Positions 1 through 11,641 are shown, numbered from the stretch's first letter. The stretch is 64,000 nt of DNA from Actinomycetota bacterium (GCA_016870395.1 VGBT01000003.1:74615-138614); one strand, 5' to 3'. Notes: generated by a model from the sequence alone, not told the origin. Translations and numbers: made by a program.

Positions 1-198
1 CTCGTAGGCGAACGCGCCGAGCAGCACGTTCTGCATCCACGTTCCGATGTTGGATGCGAACGTGCCACCCCAGACGAGACGGAAGTCACGGTGGCGCAGC
101 GCTGCCTGCGCGGTTCCGACCCGAAGAACCCGGTCGCCGTCGAGGATCGCGTCGGTCGCCTCGTCGGCCTGGGGGTCGTGCGCACGCCGGAACAACAT
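1..198 (-). CDS. MFS transporter, N-terminal part (runs off window edge)
   Basis: Manual translation from ATG at 198: MLFRRAHD...ALRHRDFRLVWGGTFASNIGTWMQNVLLGAFAYE, a typical MFS TM1 motif. Not in the ORF track. Confidence 0.8.
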   Translation of the reverse strand, partial: MLFRRAHDPQADEATDAILDGDRVLRVGTAQAALRHRDFRLVWGGTFASNIGTWMQNVLLGAFAYE

Positions 199-259
199 CT
201 CGTCCGAGGTTACGGAGCGCGACCGCCACTCCCGAGGCGTTTGCGAGGGGGAGACCGGT

Positions 260-1327
260 TCAGGCCGTGCTCGTGCTGTGGTCGCGCGGGAGCTCGCGGC
301 GGAACCGTCCGCCCATCAGCGTCAACAGCACGGCGACGCCGATGAGCAGCACGCCGGAGACGATCACGAGCAGCGGCACCCGGTTCTCGCCGGGGAAGAA
401 CCAACCGATGGCCCAGGGCACGAACACGAGGAGCCCGACCGATCCGAACGCCGAGCACAGCACCTGGCCAGGCCGCGTCCCGAGCACGACGAGTCCCACC
501 GACGTCGCCAGGCCGAACAGCGTCGCTATCGTCGGCGACCGGCCCCCAATCAGTGCCGCACCAGCGAGGAGTGCGAGCGCGCCGATCGTGGACGTGAGGA
601 GGGGCCGGACGGTCTCCCGTCGCAGGCCGAACGCCAACATCGCCGCGCCGACGGTCCAGACCGCGAGACCCATACCGATCGGCCCCGCGAGCGCGGACAT
701 CGCAGCCCCGACGAAGGCGGCCAGGCCGAGCAGGAAGCTCAGCTGTTGGAGCGGTCGTTGCTCGCGGCGCCACCAGAGGAGACCACTCGCGACGGCGACG
801 GTCGCCGCGCACGCCGTGGGCGCGGTGCGCTCTCCCACCACCTTCCCGTCGGCCACGAGCACCCCCGTGAACAGCGTGGCGGCCGCGGTCCCGGCGAGCC
901 ACAGGAAGCCGCGGAGGCGGGCGAGCGCGGGATCGAGGCGCTCGCGCACGAGCGCGCCTGCGCCGAGCAACACCAGTGCGGTCACCCCGATCGCGATGAG
1001 TCGGGTGTCAGTCGACCAGTCGGCCCACATCCGGCTGGTGACGAGGCCGAGTCCGCTGAGCGCGAGCACGCTGCCCATGTAGCCGAGGGCCTCGGCGACG
1101 ACCGGTACCCGGTGGGGGCGCGAACCGGCGGGGGCGCGAACCGGCGGCGTCGGGGCCGGTGCGGCCTCGTAGGCTCGGATGGCCTCGGCCTGTTGCGCGC
1201 TGAGCAGGTGCGCCCCGACCCAGCGGTCGATCCATGGGTCGAGGTCGTGAGCGAGGTCGACCCGGCTGGTCGGGGAAGGCGATCCGACGTCGGTGGTGGT
1301 CTCTCGGTCGTGCTCGCCCGGTTCCAA
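260..1327 (-). CDS. Multi-pass membrane protein, DUF2157-like
   Basis: N-terminal RWVGAHLLSAQQAEAI motif followed by about 10 hydrophobic segments; start uncertain. Confidence 0.7.
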   Translation of the reverse strand: MEPGEHDRETTTDVGSPSPTSRVDLAHDLDPWIDRWVGAHLLSAQQAEAIRAYEAAPAPTPPVRAPAGSRPHRVPVVAEALGYMGSVLALSGLGLVTSRMWADWSTDTRLIAIGVTALVLLGAGALVRERLDPALARLRGFLWLAGTAAATLFTGVLVADGKVVGERTAPTACAATVAVASGLLWWRREQRPLQQLSFLLGLAAFVGAAMSALAGPIGMGLAVWTVGAAMLAFGLRRETVRPLLTSTIGALALLAGAALIGGRSPTIATLFGLATSVGLVVLGTRPGQVLCSAFGSVGLLVFVPWAIGWFFPGENRVPLLVIVSGVLLIGVAVLLTLMGGRFRRELPRDHSTSTA

Positions 1328-1345
1328 GAGGCGTCGCGTCCCTGG

Positions 1346-1747
1346 CTACTCGGTGATGCCCTGGATCGCCTCCTGCAGCGCCTCGTTCCCGCCCGGGCCG
1401 CCGCCGGCTCCTGCCGCCATGAGCTTGGTGATGTCGCCCTGGGCCTTGACCTTGCCGGCCATGAAGGCCTGCATGCCCGCCTGCGCGTTGCCCGAGACGA
1501 ACACATCCTTGGCGGTGTCGTAGTCGGTGGTGAGGGTCACGTCTGCCCCGTCGACCAGCCCGAGGCCCCAATTTCCCTTGCCATCGCGGGTGCCCATGTG
1601 CATGTGCCGCTCGTCTCCGAACGGCGAGCCGGTGATCACGAGGTTCACGCTCACGTTTTGGTGCGCGGGAACCTCGGCGCCGTGGTCCTCCACGAGCTTC
1701 TCGACGACCGCGAACCACTCGTCGGACAGGAAGGGGTGCTTGGACAC
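1346..1747 (-). CDS. SCP2 sterol/lipid-binding domain protein
   Basis: PFLSDEW N-terminus and QAFMAGKVKAQGDITKLM SCP2 motif; GGAGG RBS before GTG at 1747. Confidence 0.85.
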   Translation of the reverse strand: MSKHPFLSDEWFAVVEKLVEDHGAEVPAHQNVSVNLVITGSPFGDERHMHMGTRDGKGNWGLGLVDGADVTLTTDYDTAKDVFVSGNAQAGMQAFMAGKVKAQGDITKLMAAGAGGGPGGNEALQEAIQGITE

Positions 1748-1864
1748 GGGTGCCTCCACGGAGATCCGGCTGCTGCGAGTGTCCGGACACTACCGACTGC
1801 TCACCGGGCCCGTCGACCCTGCCGCCGGAGAAGCCCGGACGAGCCCCGCCTAGATTTGGCCGCC

Positions 1865-2176
1865 ATGGCCGCGACGACCCGCGAGGAGCGCATCGCATCG
1901 CACGAGCGCAACCTGAAGTGGCAGCAGCCGCCGTTGCGGATCGACATGTCGATCTGCATCAACTGCGACACCTGCCTGCGGCACTGCCCGCCGCAGTTCG
2001 GCGCGATCTTCAACCACGGGATCGACGTGATCATCGTCCCCGAGCTCTGCAGCGGCTGCGGCAAGTGCCTGCCGCCCGTCTGCCCGGTCGACTGCATCCT
2101 CTCTGATCCCGACTGGACTCCGGCGCCCGACGGCTGGTGGAAGTACCCGGGCGGCCCGGACGACCCGTACCCGTAG
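1865..2176 (+). CDS. 2[4Fe-4S]-type ferredoxin
   Basis: CINCDTCLRHCP and CSGCGKCLPPVCP motifs; this is the real C-terminal part of ORF 47..2176. Confidence 0.85.
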   Translation: MAATTREERIASHERNLKWQQPPLRIDMSICINCDTCLRHCPPQFGAIFNHGIDVIIVPELCSGCGKCLPPVCPVDCILSDPDWTPAPDGWWKYPGGPDDPYP

Positions 2177-2186
2177 GATCCCCGAC

Positions 2187-2489
2187 GTGTCCACCCGCAT
2201 CTCTTGGGACCAGGTCCGGCACGTGGCGAACCTCGCCCGGCTCGCCCTCGCCGACGACGAGGTCGCCGGGCTCGCCGACGACCTCGGTGTGATCCTCGAC
2301 CACGCGCAGGACGTCGCCGCGCTCGACCTCGAGGGGATCCCGCCCACCGCGCACCCGATCCCGCTCGAGAACGTGCTGCGCCCCGACGAGGTACGCCCCT
2401 CGCTCGATCGCGCCGAGGTGCTTGCGGCCGCTCCCGAGGCGGAGGACGGCCGGTTCCGCGTCCCTCGCATCATGGGCGACGCCCCGTGA
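2187..2489 (+). CDS. gatC: Asp/Glu-tRNA amidotransferase subunit C
   Basis: [10 protein letters not shown]...PTAHP...NVLRPD...FRVPRI; upstream of gatA and gatB. Confidence 0.95.
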   Translation: MSTRISWDQVRHVANLARLALADDEVAGLADDLGVILDHAQDVAALDLEGIPPTAHPIPLENVLRPDEVRPSLDRAEVLAAAPEAEDGRFRVPRIMGDAP

Positions 2490-2548
2490 CCGGCCCGCGC
2501 GACACTCCCACGCGCGACACCCACGATTATGTCCCCAACCACTCCTTG

Positions 2549-2593
2549 GGTTTGTGCGATCAGGAGCGAATACCGCTCCTCTCGCAGCAAACC
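2549..2593. repeat. Intergenic hairpin repeat, family A copy 1
   Basis: GGTTTGTGCGATCAGGAGCG-AATAC-CGCTCCTCTCGCAGCAAACC; similar copies at 6250, 19786 and 50538. Confidence 0.8.
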
Positions 2594-2613
2594 GGGAGCG
2601 CCGAGGTGGAGCG

Positions 2614-4037
<1,424 letters not shown>

Positions 4038-4041
<4 letters not shown>

Positions 4042-5495
4042 CGTCCTCGAATGTGTACGAGGCTGTCATCGGGCTCGAGGTTCACGTCGAGCTCGCCACC
4101 ACGACCAAGCTCTTCTGCGGTTGCGCGAACGAGTTCGGGGCCGAGCCCAACACGCACGTGTGCCCGGTCTGCCTGGGGCTTCCCGGCTCGCTGCCGGTGC
4201 TGAACCGCCGTGTCGTCGACTTCGCGCTGCGTCTCGGCGAGGCACTCCACTTCGACGTGCCGCCCAGCTCGATCTTCCACCGGAAGAACTACTTCTACCC
4301 CGACATGCCGAAGGACTACCAGGTCAGCCAGTACGACGCACCGATCTGCGTCGACGGCTGGCTCGAGGTCGACGGCGACCGGATCGGCATCGAGCGCGCG
4401 CACATGGAGGAGGACACCGGCAAGACCACTCACGTCGGCGGCGGCGGGAGGATCCACGACGCCGCGCACAGCCTGGTCGACTACAACCGCGCCGGCGTGC
4501 CGCTCATGGAGATCGTCAGCCGACCCCACATCCGCTCGGCCGAACAGGCCCGCGACTACGTCGGTGAGCTGCGTGCGGTGCTGGAGGCGATCGGCGTCTC
4601 CGACGTGAAGATGGAAGAGGGCTCGATGCGCGTCGATGCCAACTTGTCGCTGCGCGAGGTCGGGAGCGAGATCCTCGGCACCAAGGTCGAGGTCAAGAAC
4701 ATGAACTCCCTTCGCTCGCTTGGACGGGCCATCGACCATGAGATCGCCCGCCAAGCCAGGATGCTCGACGCCGGTGAGCGCGTCCTGCAGGAGACGAGGC
4801 ACTGGGACGAGGCTGCCGGCGTGACCCACGGCATGCGGTCCAAGGAGGGGTCGAGCGACTACCGGTACTTCCCCGAGCCCGACCTGGTGCCCGTCGCTCC
4901 GACGCAGCAGATGCGTGACGCGGCGCGTGCTGCCGTGCCCGAGCTGCCCGCGGCGAAGCGAGCGCGCCTGGTCGAGGAGTGGGGGATTTCCGAGAGCGAC
5001 GCGCGGGTGCTCGTCGAGTCTGCCGCCCTCGCTCGCTACGCAGAGGCCGCGGTGCTTGCGGGCGCACTGGGCAAGGACGTGGCCAACTGGTGCCTGGGCG
5101 AGGTGCTCGCGCACTGCAACGAGCACGGGCTCTCGGCGGAGGTGCTTCCACTCGCCCCCGACGGCTTGGCCGAGCTCGTAGGTCTCGTCGCCGACGGCAC
5201 GCTCTCGCGCAACCTCGCCAAGGAGGTGCTGCGAGAGTGCCTGACCAGACCCGTGCGACCCAGGCAGCTCGTCGAGGAGCGCGGTCTGGCGCAGGTCAGC
5301 GACGAGGGTGAGCTGGCAGCTCTGGTCGACGAGGTGCTGGGTGCGAACGCGGCGGCGGTGCAGGAGTGGCGTGACGGCGACGACAAGGCGCGCAAGCGCA
5401 AGCGCGGGTTCCTGATGGGCGAGGTGATGAAGGCGTCCAAGGGGAAGGGTAACCCGCAGGTGCTCAACCGGCTCCTCGACGACCGTCTCAGGTGA
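4038..5495 (+). CDS. gatB: Asp/Glu-tRNA amidotransferase subunit B
   Basis: [48 protein letters not shown]; GTGA overlap with gatA. Confidence 0.97.
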
Positions 5496-6229
5496 TGGAC
5501 CGGCCCGAGTTCGCGACCGACGCAGGCGTCGAGCGGATCCTGGTCGTCGTGGCCCATCCCGACGACATCGACTTCGGCGTCGCCGGCTCGGTCGCGACCT
5601 GGACCGACGCGGGGATCGAGGTCACCTACTGCCTCGTGACGAGCGGCGACGCCGGCGGGGACGACCGCGACCAGCCGCGCAAGGAGATGGCGCGGGTGCG
5701 CGAGGCCGAGCAGACGGCCGCGGCCGCGCTGGTCGGCGTGCACCGGCTCCGGTTCCTGCACCAAGCGGACGGCCGGGTGGAGGCCAACCTCGACCTGCGC
5801 CGGGACCTCTCGCGCGTGATCCGGCAGGAGCGTCCCCAGCGGGTGATCACCCAGTCGCCGGAGCGTTTGTGGGACCGTATCTACGCGAGTCATCCCGATC
5901 ACCTTGCGGTGGGTGAGGCAACCACCGCGGCGCTGTACCCGGACGCGCGGAACCCGTTCGCGCATCCGGACCTGCTCGACGGCGAGGGCCTCGAGCCCTG
6001 GACCGTTCCCCAGCTCTGGCTGATGGCACGTCCGGATCCCAACGTCGCCGTCGACGTCACCGACGTCCTCGAGCGCAAGATCGCCGCACTGCAGTCGCAC
6101 GCCTCGCAGGTGCAGGACCCGACGATGATCGAGCGCCTGATTCGCGACTGGGCCGCAGACTCGGCTCGCAACGCGGGCCTGCCGGACGGGCGTTGCGCCG
6201 AGATCTTCCGCGCCGTCGACACCCGCTGA
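5495..6229 (+). CDS. PIG-L family deacetylase
   Basis: AHPDD and HPDH metal motifs, VTSGDAG, REAEQ; TGATG overlap with gatB. Confidence 0.9.
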   Translation: MDRPEFATDAGVERILVVVAHPDDIDFGVAGSVATWTDAGIEVTYCLVTSGDAGGDDRDQPRKEMARVREAEQTAAAALVGVHRLRFLHQADGRVEANLDLRRDLSRVIRQERPQRVITQSPERLWDRIYASHPDHLAVGEATTAALYPDARNPFAHPDLLDGEGLEPWTVPQLWLMARPDPNVAVDVTDVLERKIAALQSHASQVQDPTMIERLIRDWAADSARNAGLPDGRCAEIFRAVDTR

Positions 6230-6249
6230 CCCGCATCCCCACCCCGCGT

Positions 6250-6305
6250 CCCCCGGGTTTGTTCGCTCTGGAGCGGTATGCGCTCTTCGGAGCACAAACT
6301 GGGGG
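6250..6305. repeat. Intergenic hairpin repeat, family A copy 2 (reverse orientation)
   Basis: CCCCCGGGTTTGT...GGAGCG-GTATG-CGCTCT...ACAAACTGGGGG; reverse complement has the GAGCGCATACCGCTCC core seen at 50538. Confidence 0.8.
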
Positions 6306-6498
6306 ATTCTCGGGGTGCTCAGGGGACGAGGCTGATCGAGGTCACCGGCGCGAGACCGTCCAGGAGTCGGTCCCGCGCCTTCCCGCGTCGTCGGACTGCG
6401 AGACGGTGCCGGCGCGGGTGCCGTGTCGAGGAGCCGCCAGGTGTCGCCCGCGTGCCAGAGGATCCGACCGTCGGGTCTGAGGAGGGAGGCGCCGAGCA

Positions 6499-6535
6499 CC
6501 CGCAGGGGCCCGTCGACGCTCCGGGCCCCTGCGGG
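6499..6535. terminator. 14-bp perfect inverted repeat, possible terminator of the minus-strand LLM operon
   Basis: CCCGCAGGGGCCCG-9 nt-CGGGCCCCTGCGGG about 40 bp past the stop at 6576; no U-tract. Confidence 0.45.
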
Positions 6536-6575
6536 CCCGATCAGTCCCTCGGCGGTGCCGATGCGAAGGTCCACG

Positions 6576-7586
6576 TCACGTCCTCAACCCCTGGAGGACC
6601 CGGACCCATGCCCCCGGATCGGATCGGTACGGCGCGTTGAAGGCGATCCGGTCGACGAGCTGGCCGACTCGATCGCGCAGGAGCGCGGGCAGCTCGTCGG
6701 GCTCGCCTCGGACGGCGATCGTCTCGAGCACCTCGTCGTCGACGAGCGTGCTCATCTCCTCCCACCGGCCCTGCTTCGACAGCCGGTTGAGCTCCGGCTG
6801 CAGGTCGCCCCAGCCGTGCGCGTCGAGGACGACCCGGTAGGCGGGCGTCGACCCGTAGAACGCGATCTGCGCGCGGGTCGCGGCCTCGGCCGCCGCGAGC
6901 TCCTCCTCGGTCGTGCCGGTCACGACCATGACGGGCCAGGCAACCTCGAAGCCGGTTCGCTCGCGTCCGGCCCGGGCGAGCCCGTCTTCGAGCGCGGGCC
7001 AGGTGTGCTCGCGCAGGAACCGCACGGTGGAGAACGGGTGTACGAGGAAGCCGTCGGCGACCTCGCCCGCGACCGTCGTCATCGCGGGTCCGACGCCGGC
7101 GAGCAAGACGCGCGGTGCGCCGTGCTCGCTCGGCCCGGGGTCGAAGAACGGGGTCATGAGTGTGTGGCGGTAGTGCTCCCCCTCGAACCGGAGCGGGATG
7201 CCGTCCTGCCAGGCGGCCCAGATTGCCCGCATCGCCTGCACCAGCTCGCGCATGCGTGCGGCGGGCGCCGACCACGGCATGGAGAAGCGCCGCTCGACGT
7301 GCGCCTTGATCTGCGAGCCGAGTCCGAGGATCGCGCGGCCTTCGGACATGATCTGGAGATCCCATCCGACGTTGGCCAGGGTCATCGGGCTGCGCGCGAA
7401 CGCGATGGCAATCGCGGTCATGAGATCGACCCGGCAGGTGTGCTCGGCCGCGAGCGCCAGGGGGAAGAACGGGTCGTGCGGTCCCTCGAACGTGTACACC
7501 CCGTCGTAGCCGGCAGCCTCGATCTCGGCGGCCCGAGCCGGGACGTCGTCGAGGGCCTCAACGACGAGCGGCGAGTCGACCTTCAC
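6576..7586 (-). CDS. LLM-class (probably F420-dependent) oxidoreductase, TIGR03617-like
   Basis: [56 protein letters not shown]. Confidence 0.88.
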   Translation of the reverse strand: MKVDSPLVVEALDDVPARAAEIEAAGYDGVYTFEGPHDPFFPLALAAEHTCRVDLMTAIAIAFARSPMTLANVGWDLQIMSEGRAILGLGSQIKAHVERRFSMPWSAPAARMRELVQAMRAIWAAWQDGIPLRFEGEHYRHTLMTPFFDPGPSEHGAPRVLLAGVGPAMTTVAGEVADGFLVHPFSTVRFLREHTWPALEDGLARAGRERTGFEVAWPVMVVTGTTEEELAAAEAATRAQIAFYGSTPAYRVVLDAHGWGDLQPELNRLSKQGRWEEMSTLVDDEVLETIAVRGEPDELPALLRDRVGQLVDRIAFNAPYRSDPGAWVRVLQGLRT

Positions 7587-7593
7587 CGCTCGA

Positions 7594-8262
7594 TCAGCAG
7601 GGAAGGGGCTGAGCGGGGCAGAGGTCGGCGAGCCTGGTGAGGTAGGGCTCGGCGTCGCCGTCCCATCGGTACGCGCGGATCTGGTCGGCGGTGCGGCGTC
7701 CGCAGATCATGCGGGCGAGCTCGAACGGCTCGGAAATGACGGTGGCCCCGGGTTCGCCGTCCCCGGACTGGAAAGTGTGGTTGCCGGCCACGAACCGCAG
7801 CGGCGCCAGGCCGTCGAACAGTGCCGCCCGAACGGCGATGTAGCCCTCGAGCGCCGCCAACTCCGCGGCCGGGTCGTGGCTGCCGGGGGTGCCGAGCGCG
7901 CCCCGGATGTCCTGCTCGTGGTTCCACACGTCGGCGACGGCCACGAGAGCCGGGATTCCGCCGACGGCGCGCAGGCCGTCCTCGAGCTGGGGCGAGCCCG
8001 TCTCCCACTCCGCGATCAGTTCCGCCATCGACGCGTCCTTCCGGGTCTCGACCTGGGCCGCAGTCCAGTGGTCCTGGCCGACCCCGTCGAGGTTGCCCGC
8101 GTTGACGTCGGTGACGATGCCGACCATGTGCGCAATCGTGTCGTGCACCGTCCAGTCGGGACACGCAAGGACGCGGGCAGCCGCCTGATCCGGGGTGAGG
8201 TGCGCCACGAGATCGATCACGCGCTCGCGGCATGCGCCGTAGAGGAGCCCCCTGTCGATCAT
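7594..8262 (-). CDS. Maleylpyruvate isomerase family (MDMPI/DinB-like) protein
   Basis: [13 protein letters not shown] and [14 protein letters not shown] motifs. Confidence 0.85.
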   Translation of the reverse strand: MIDRGLLYGACRERVIDLVAHLTPDQAAARVLACPDWTVHDTIAHMVGIVTDVNAGNLDGVGQDHWTAAQVETRKDASMAELIAEWETGSPQLEDGLRAVGGIPALVAVADVWNHEQDIRGALGTPGSHDPAAELAALEGYIAVRAALFDGLAPLRFVAGNHTFQSGDGEPGATVISEPFELARMICGRRTADQIRAYRWDGDAEPYLTRLADLCPAQPLPC

Positions 8263-8367
8263 GGTCGGCACCGTAGGCGAAATTCCCCGACCGTCCCAGG
8301 TCGCGTGATCGCCGGGGTACCGGAGCGACCTGGGGGTCGAGCGCGGGCCGGTCTACATTTGCGAGCC

Positions 8368-10044
8368 ATGACGAATCGGAAGCCCCGCAGCCACGAGGTC
8401 ACCGACGGGATGGAGCGGGCGCCCGCCCGGGCGATGCTGCGAGCGGTCGGTATGACCGACGCCGACTGGGGCAAGGCGCAGGTCGGTGTCGCGTCGAGCT
8501 GGAACGAGGTCACCCCCTGCAACCTCCCGCTGGACCGTTTGGCCAAGCGGGCGAAGGACGGGGTGCGCGACGCCGGGGGGTTCCCGATCGAGTTCGTCAC
8601 CATCGCCGTCAGCGACGGCATCTCGATGGGCCACGAGGGCATGCGCGGCTCGCTCGTCAGCCGCGAGATCATCACCGACTCGGTGGAGTGCATGATGCAC
8701 TCGGAACGGCTCGACGCACTCGTCTCCTTCGCAGGCTGCGACAAGTCGTTGCCCGGGATGCTGATGGCCGCTGCACGCTGCAACCTCCCGAGCGTCTTCC
8801 TCTACGGCGGGTCGATCCTGCCGGGTCACTACCGCGACCAGGTACTCGACATCGTCAGCGTGTTCGAGGCGGTCGGTGCCTGCGCCGCCGGAACGCTGAG
8901 CGAGAACGAGCTCGGGGAGATCGAGCGGGCCGCGTGCCCGGGTGAGGGCTCGTGCGCCGGGATGTTCACTGCGAACACGATGGCGAGCGTCGGCGAGGCG
9001 CTCGGCATGAGCCTGCCCGGCAGCGCCTCGCCCGCGGCAGTCGACCGGCGCCGCGACGACTTCGCCTTCGAGAGTGGCCGGGCGGTGATGCGGCTCCTCG
9101 AGCTCGACCTGCGGCCCCGTCAGATCATGACCAAGGCCGCGTTCGAGAATGCGATCGCGGTCGTGATGGCGCTCGGTGGCTCCACCAACGCCGTGCTGCA
9201 CCTGCTGGCCATCGCGAACGAGGCGCGCGTCGAGCTCGAGCTCGACGACTTCAACCGCATCGGCGCGCGCGTGCCCCACATCGCCGACACGAAGCCGCAC
9301 GGCAAGTACCACATGTTCGACATCGACCGGATCGGAGGAGTCCCGGTCGTCATGCGGGAGTTGCTCGACGCGGGGCTGCTGCACGGCGACTGCCTTACGG
9401 TCACCGGCCGGACGTTGTCCGAGAACCTCGCCGCGCTCGACCCGCCGGCGCCCGACGGCGAGGTCGTCCACCCGTTGCGCGCCCCGATCCGCACCGTCGG
9501 CGGCATCGCGGTGCTGCAGGGTTCGCTGGCTCCCAACGGTGGGGTGGTGAAGGTTGCCGGCCTCGACCACCTGCGCTTCGACGGGGCCGCTCGCGTCTTC
9601 GACGGCGAGCAGGCCGCGATGGACGAGATCCTCGCCGGCAAGATCCAGCCCGGTGACGTCGTGGTGATCCGCTACGAGGGCCCGAAGGGCGGCCCCGGGA
9701 TGCGCGAGATGCTCGCGGTCACCGGCGCGATGAAGGGCGCCGGCCGCGGCGGCGATGCCGCGCTCGTCACCGACGGGAGGTTCAGCGGGGGTACGCACGG
9801 GTTCTGCGTCGGGCACGTCGCGCCCGAGGCCGTCGATGGCGGGCCGATCGCGTTCGTGCGCGACGGCGACCGCATCGTGATCGACGCCGAGGCCCACACG
9901 ATCAACCTGGTGGTCGACGATGAAGAGCTGGCGCGTCGCCGGGTCGACTGGAAGCTGCCCGAGCCCCGCTACCCGAGCGGGTTCCTCGCCAAGTACGCAC
10001 GCCTCGCACAAGGCGCCGAGAAGGGCGCCATCACCAACGTCTGA
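8368..10044 (+). CDS. ilvD: Dihydroxy-acid dehydratase
   Basis: [55 protein letters not shown]. Confidence 0.97.
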   Translation: MTNRKPRSHEVTDGMERAPARAMLRAVGMTDADWGKAQVGVASSWNEVTPCNLPLDRLAKRAKDGVRDAGGFPIEFVTIAVSDGISMGHEGMRGSLVSREIITDSVECMMHSERLDALVSFAGCDKSLPGMLMAAARCNLPSVFLYGGSILPGHYRDQVLDIVSVFEAVGACAAGTLSENELGEIERAACPGEGSCAGMFTANTMASVGEALGMSLPGSASPAAVDRRRDDFAFESGRAVMRLLELDLRPRQIMTKAAFENAIAVVMALGGSTNAVLHLLAIANEARVELELDDFNRIGARVPHIADTKPHGKYHMFDIDRIGGVPVVMRELLDAGLLHGDCLTVTGRTLSENLAALDPPAPDGEVVHPLRAPIRTVGGIAVLQGSLAPNGGVVKVAGLDHLRFDGAARVFDGEQAAMDEILAGKIQPGDVVVIRYEGPKGGPGMREMLAVTGAMKGAGRGGDAALVTDGRFSGGTHGFCVGHVAPEAVDGGPIAFVRDGDRIVIDAEAHTINLVVDDEELARRRVDWKLPEPRYPSGFLAKYARLAQGAEKGAITNV

Positions 10045-10048
10045 GCAT

Positions 10049-10093
10049 TCTCGGCACGATGCGGGCCGCATAGGGGCCCGCATCGTGCCGAGA
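10049..10093. repeat. Intergenic hairpin repeat, family B copy 1
   Basis: TCTCGGCACGATGCGGGCC-GCATAGG-GGCCCGCATCGTGCCGAGA (19-bp perfect stem); homolog at 33265. Confidence 0.8.
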
Positions 10094-10106
10094 TCGGGGA
10101 GTGTGG

Positions 10107-10895
10107 GTGCCGGAGATCCTGGAGGCGGAGACCGCCCGTGTCCTCATCGCTCAGCGCGCGCTCGGGCGTCAGATCGTCGCGGTGCACGCGCCCGACGCCT
10201 GGTTCCTCAAGCGAGGACTCACGGCGTTCGTGGCTCGCAACGCTCTGACGGGGCGGCGGCTCGTCGACGCCCGCCGGCGCGGGAAGCTGCTGCTCGTCGA
10301 CACCGACGAGCCCGGCCCAACGCTCGCGATGCATCTCGGGATGAGCGGTCGGGTCGTGATCGACGGGGAGGCCGCCGGCGACCCGCTCCTGTACGCCGCG
10401 AACGGTGACAACGCCGAGTGGCGCCGCTTCGGTCTGGGCTTCGCCGACGGAGGATCCCTGTACTTGCGCGATCCCCGCCGGCTCGGCGCCGTCGAGCTCG
10501 ATCCCGACGAGGATCGCCTCGGCGTCGACGCGTTCGCGCTGCGGCTGCGCGACCTCGAGCCCGTGCTCACCCGCTCGCGTGCTCCGGTCAAGGCGGTGCT
10601 GATGAACCAGTCCCGGATCGCCGGGCTCGGCAACCTGCTCACCGACGAGGCGCTGTTTCGCGCCGGGCTCGACCCGGCCCGGTCCGCGGCGAGCCTCGAT
10701 GCCGACGAGCGGCGGAAGCTCGCCCGGGCGATCTCCACGACGCTGCGGACGCTGGGGCGCCGTGGCGGCTCACACACCGGCGACCACATGGAGGTGCGCC
10801 GGCCGGGCAGCTGCTGCCCGCGCGACGGCGCGCCCATGCTGCGGCGGACCGTCGGCGGCCGAACCACCTACTCCTGCTCCCTCCACCAGGGGTAA
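10107..10895 (+). CDS. Fpg/Nei family DNA glycosylase
   Basis: N-terminal (V)PEILE, RRGKLL, HLGMSG, DPRRLG, H2TH motif QSRIAGLGNLLTDEALF, C-terminal zinc-finger-like segment. Confidence 0.9.
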   Translation: MPEILEAETARVLIAQRALGRQIVAVHAPDAWFLKRGLTAFVARNALTGRRLVDARRRGKLLLVDTDEPGPTLAMHLGMSGRVVIDGEAAGDPLLYAANGDNAEWRRFGLGFADGGSLYLRDPRRLGAVELDPDEDRLGVDAFALRLRDLEPVLTRSRAPVKAVLMNQSRIAGLGNLLTDEALFRAGLDPARSAASLDADERRKLARAISTTLRTLGRRGGSHTGDHMEVRRPGSCCPRDGAPMLRRTVGGRTTYSCSLHQG

Positions 10896-10898
10896 GAG

Positions 10899-10919
10899 GG
10901 GCCACAGTAGCTGTGGCCC
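10899..10919. promoter_or_regulatory. Palindromic putative operator of the toxin-antitoxin promoter
   Basis: GGGCCACAG-TAG-CTGTGGCCC just upstream of a TACCGT -10-like box and the antitoxin GTG. Confidence 0.55.
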
Positions 10920-10944
10920 ACTGAAACTGTGGTACCGTCGCGTT

Positions 10945-11184
10945 GTGGCAAGGCGCAACGTGACCATTCAGCTCGACGAGGAGGTGTTGCGGCGAGCCCG
11001 GAGGCTGGCGGCCGAGCGCGACACGTCGATCAGCCGCTTGGTCGCGGAGCAGCTCGAGGTCATGACTCGCCACGACGCCCGGTACCAGGCGGCGCGGCGG
11101 GAGGCCTCGGCGTCGATGCGGGCGAGCCGCGCGAGCAGCGGCGGTCACGCCTGGACACGTGGCGAGCTCCACGAACGCTCGTGA
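10945..11184 (+). CDS. Ribbon-helix-helix antitoxin (VapB/CopG-like)
   Basis: RNVTIQLDEEVLRRARRLAAERDTSISRLV and C-terminal WTRGELHER; GTGA overlap with the PIN gene. Confidence 0.85.
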   Translation: MARRNVTIQLDEEVLRRARRLAAERDTSISRLVAEQLEVMTRHDARYQAARREASASMRASRASSGGHAWTRGELHERS

Positions 11185-11597
11185 GCGTCTTCGTCGACAC
11201 GAACGTCATCGCCTACGCCTACGACACGGCCGACCCGGCGAAGCAGTCGAGAGCGATCGACGTGCTCGAGGACCTCTGGGCGCGCGCGGAAGGCATCGTC
11301 AGCATGCAGGTGCTGCAGGAGCTCTCTGTCGTGTTGACCCGCAAGTTCGCCGACCCGCTGGCCCCGGCGATGGCCCGGCGCGTGGTGGCGATGTATGCGA
11401 TCTGGCCGCGGGACGACCCCACCCCGGCAACGGTGCTCGCGGCCTCCGAGCTCACCGAGCGAGACTCGATTTCCTTCTGGGACGCCATGATCGTCGTGAG
11501 CGCCCAGCGGGTGGGCGCCGAGACGCTGCTCACCGAGGACCTCTCGCACGGCCGGGTGTTCGACGGCGTCCGCATCGAGAACCCCTTCGCCCCGTGA
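11181..11597 (+). CDS. vapC: PIN-domain toxin
   Basis: VFVDTNV, SMQVLQE, SFWDAMI, LLTEDLSHG, IENPF. Confidence 0.9.
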   Translation: MSVFVDTNVIAYAYDTADPAKQSRAIDVLEDLWARAEGIVSMQVLQELSVVLTRKFADPLAPAMARRVVAMYAIWPRDDPTPATVLAASELTERDSISFWDAMIVVSAQRVGAETLLTEDLSHGRVFDGVRIENPFAP

Positions 11598-11603
11598 AAG
11601 GAC

Positions 11604-11632
11604 TTGCCTCGGGACGGAATCTCGACGATAAT
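11604..11632 (+). promoter_or_regulatory. Housekeeping-sigma promoter of the ilvBNC leader
   Basis: TTGCCT-17 nt-GATAAT, 9 nt before the leader ATG. Confidence 0.65.
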
Positions 11633-11641
11633 CGCGCACGC

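Noticed and set aside
47-1864. 709-aa ORF 47..2176 and similar long Arg/Pro/Ala-rich ORFs (e.g. 44018..46813, 34130..36259, 57153..58955)
   Set aside because: Shadow frames of real genes in GC-rich DNA; only the last 103 aa of 47..2176 are a real ferredoxin.
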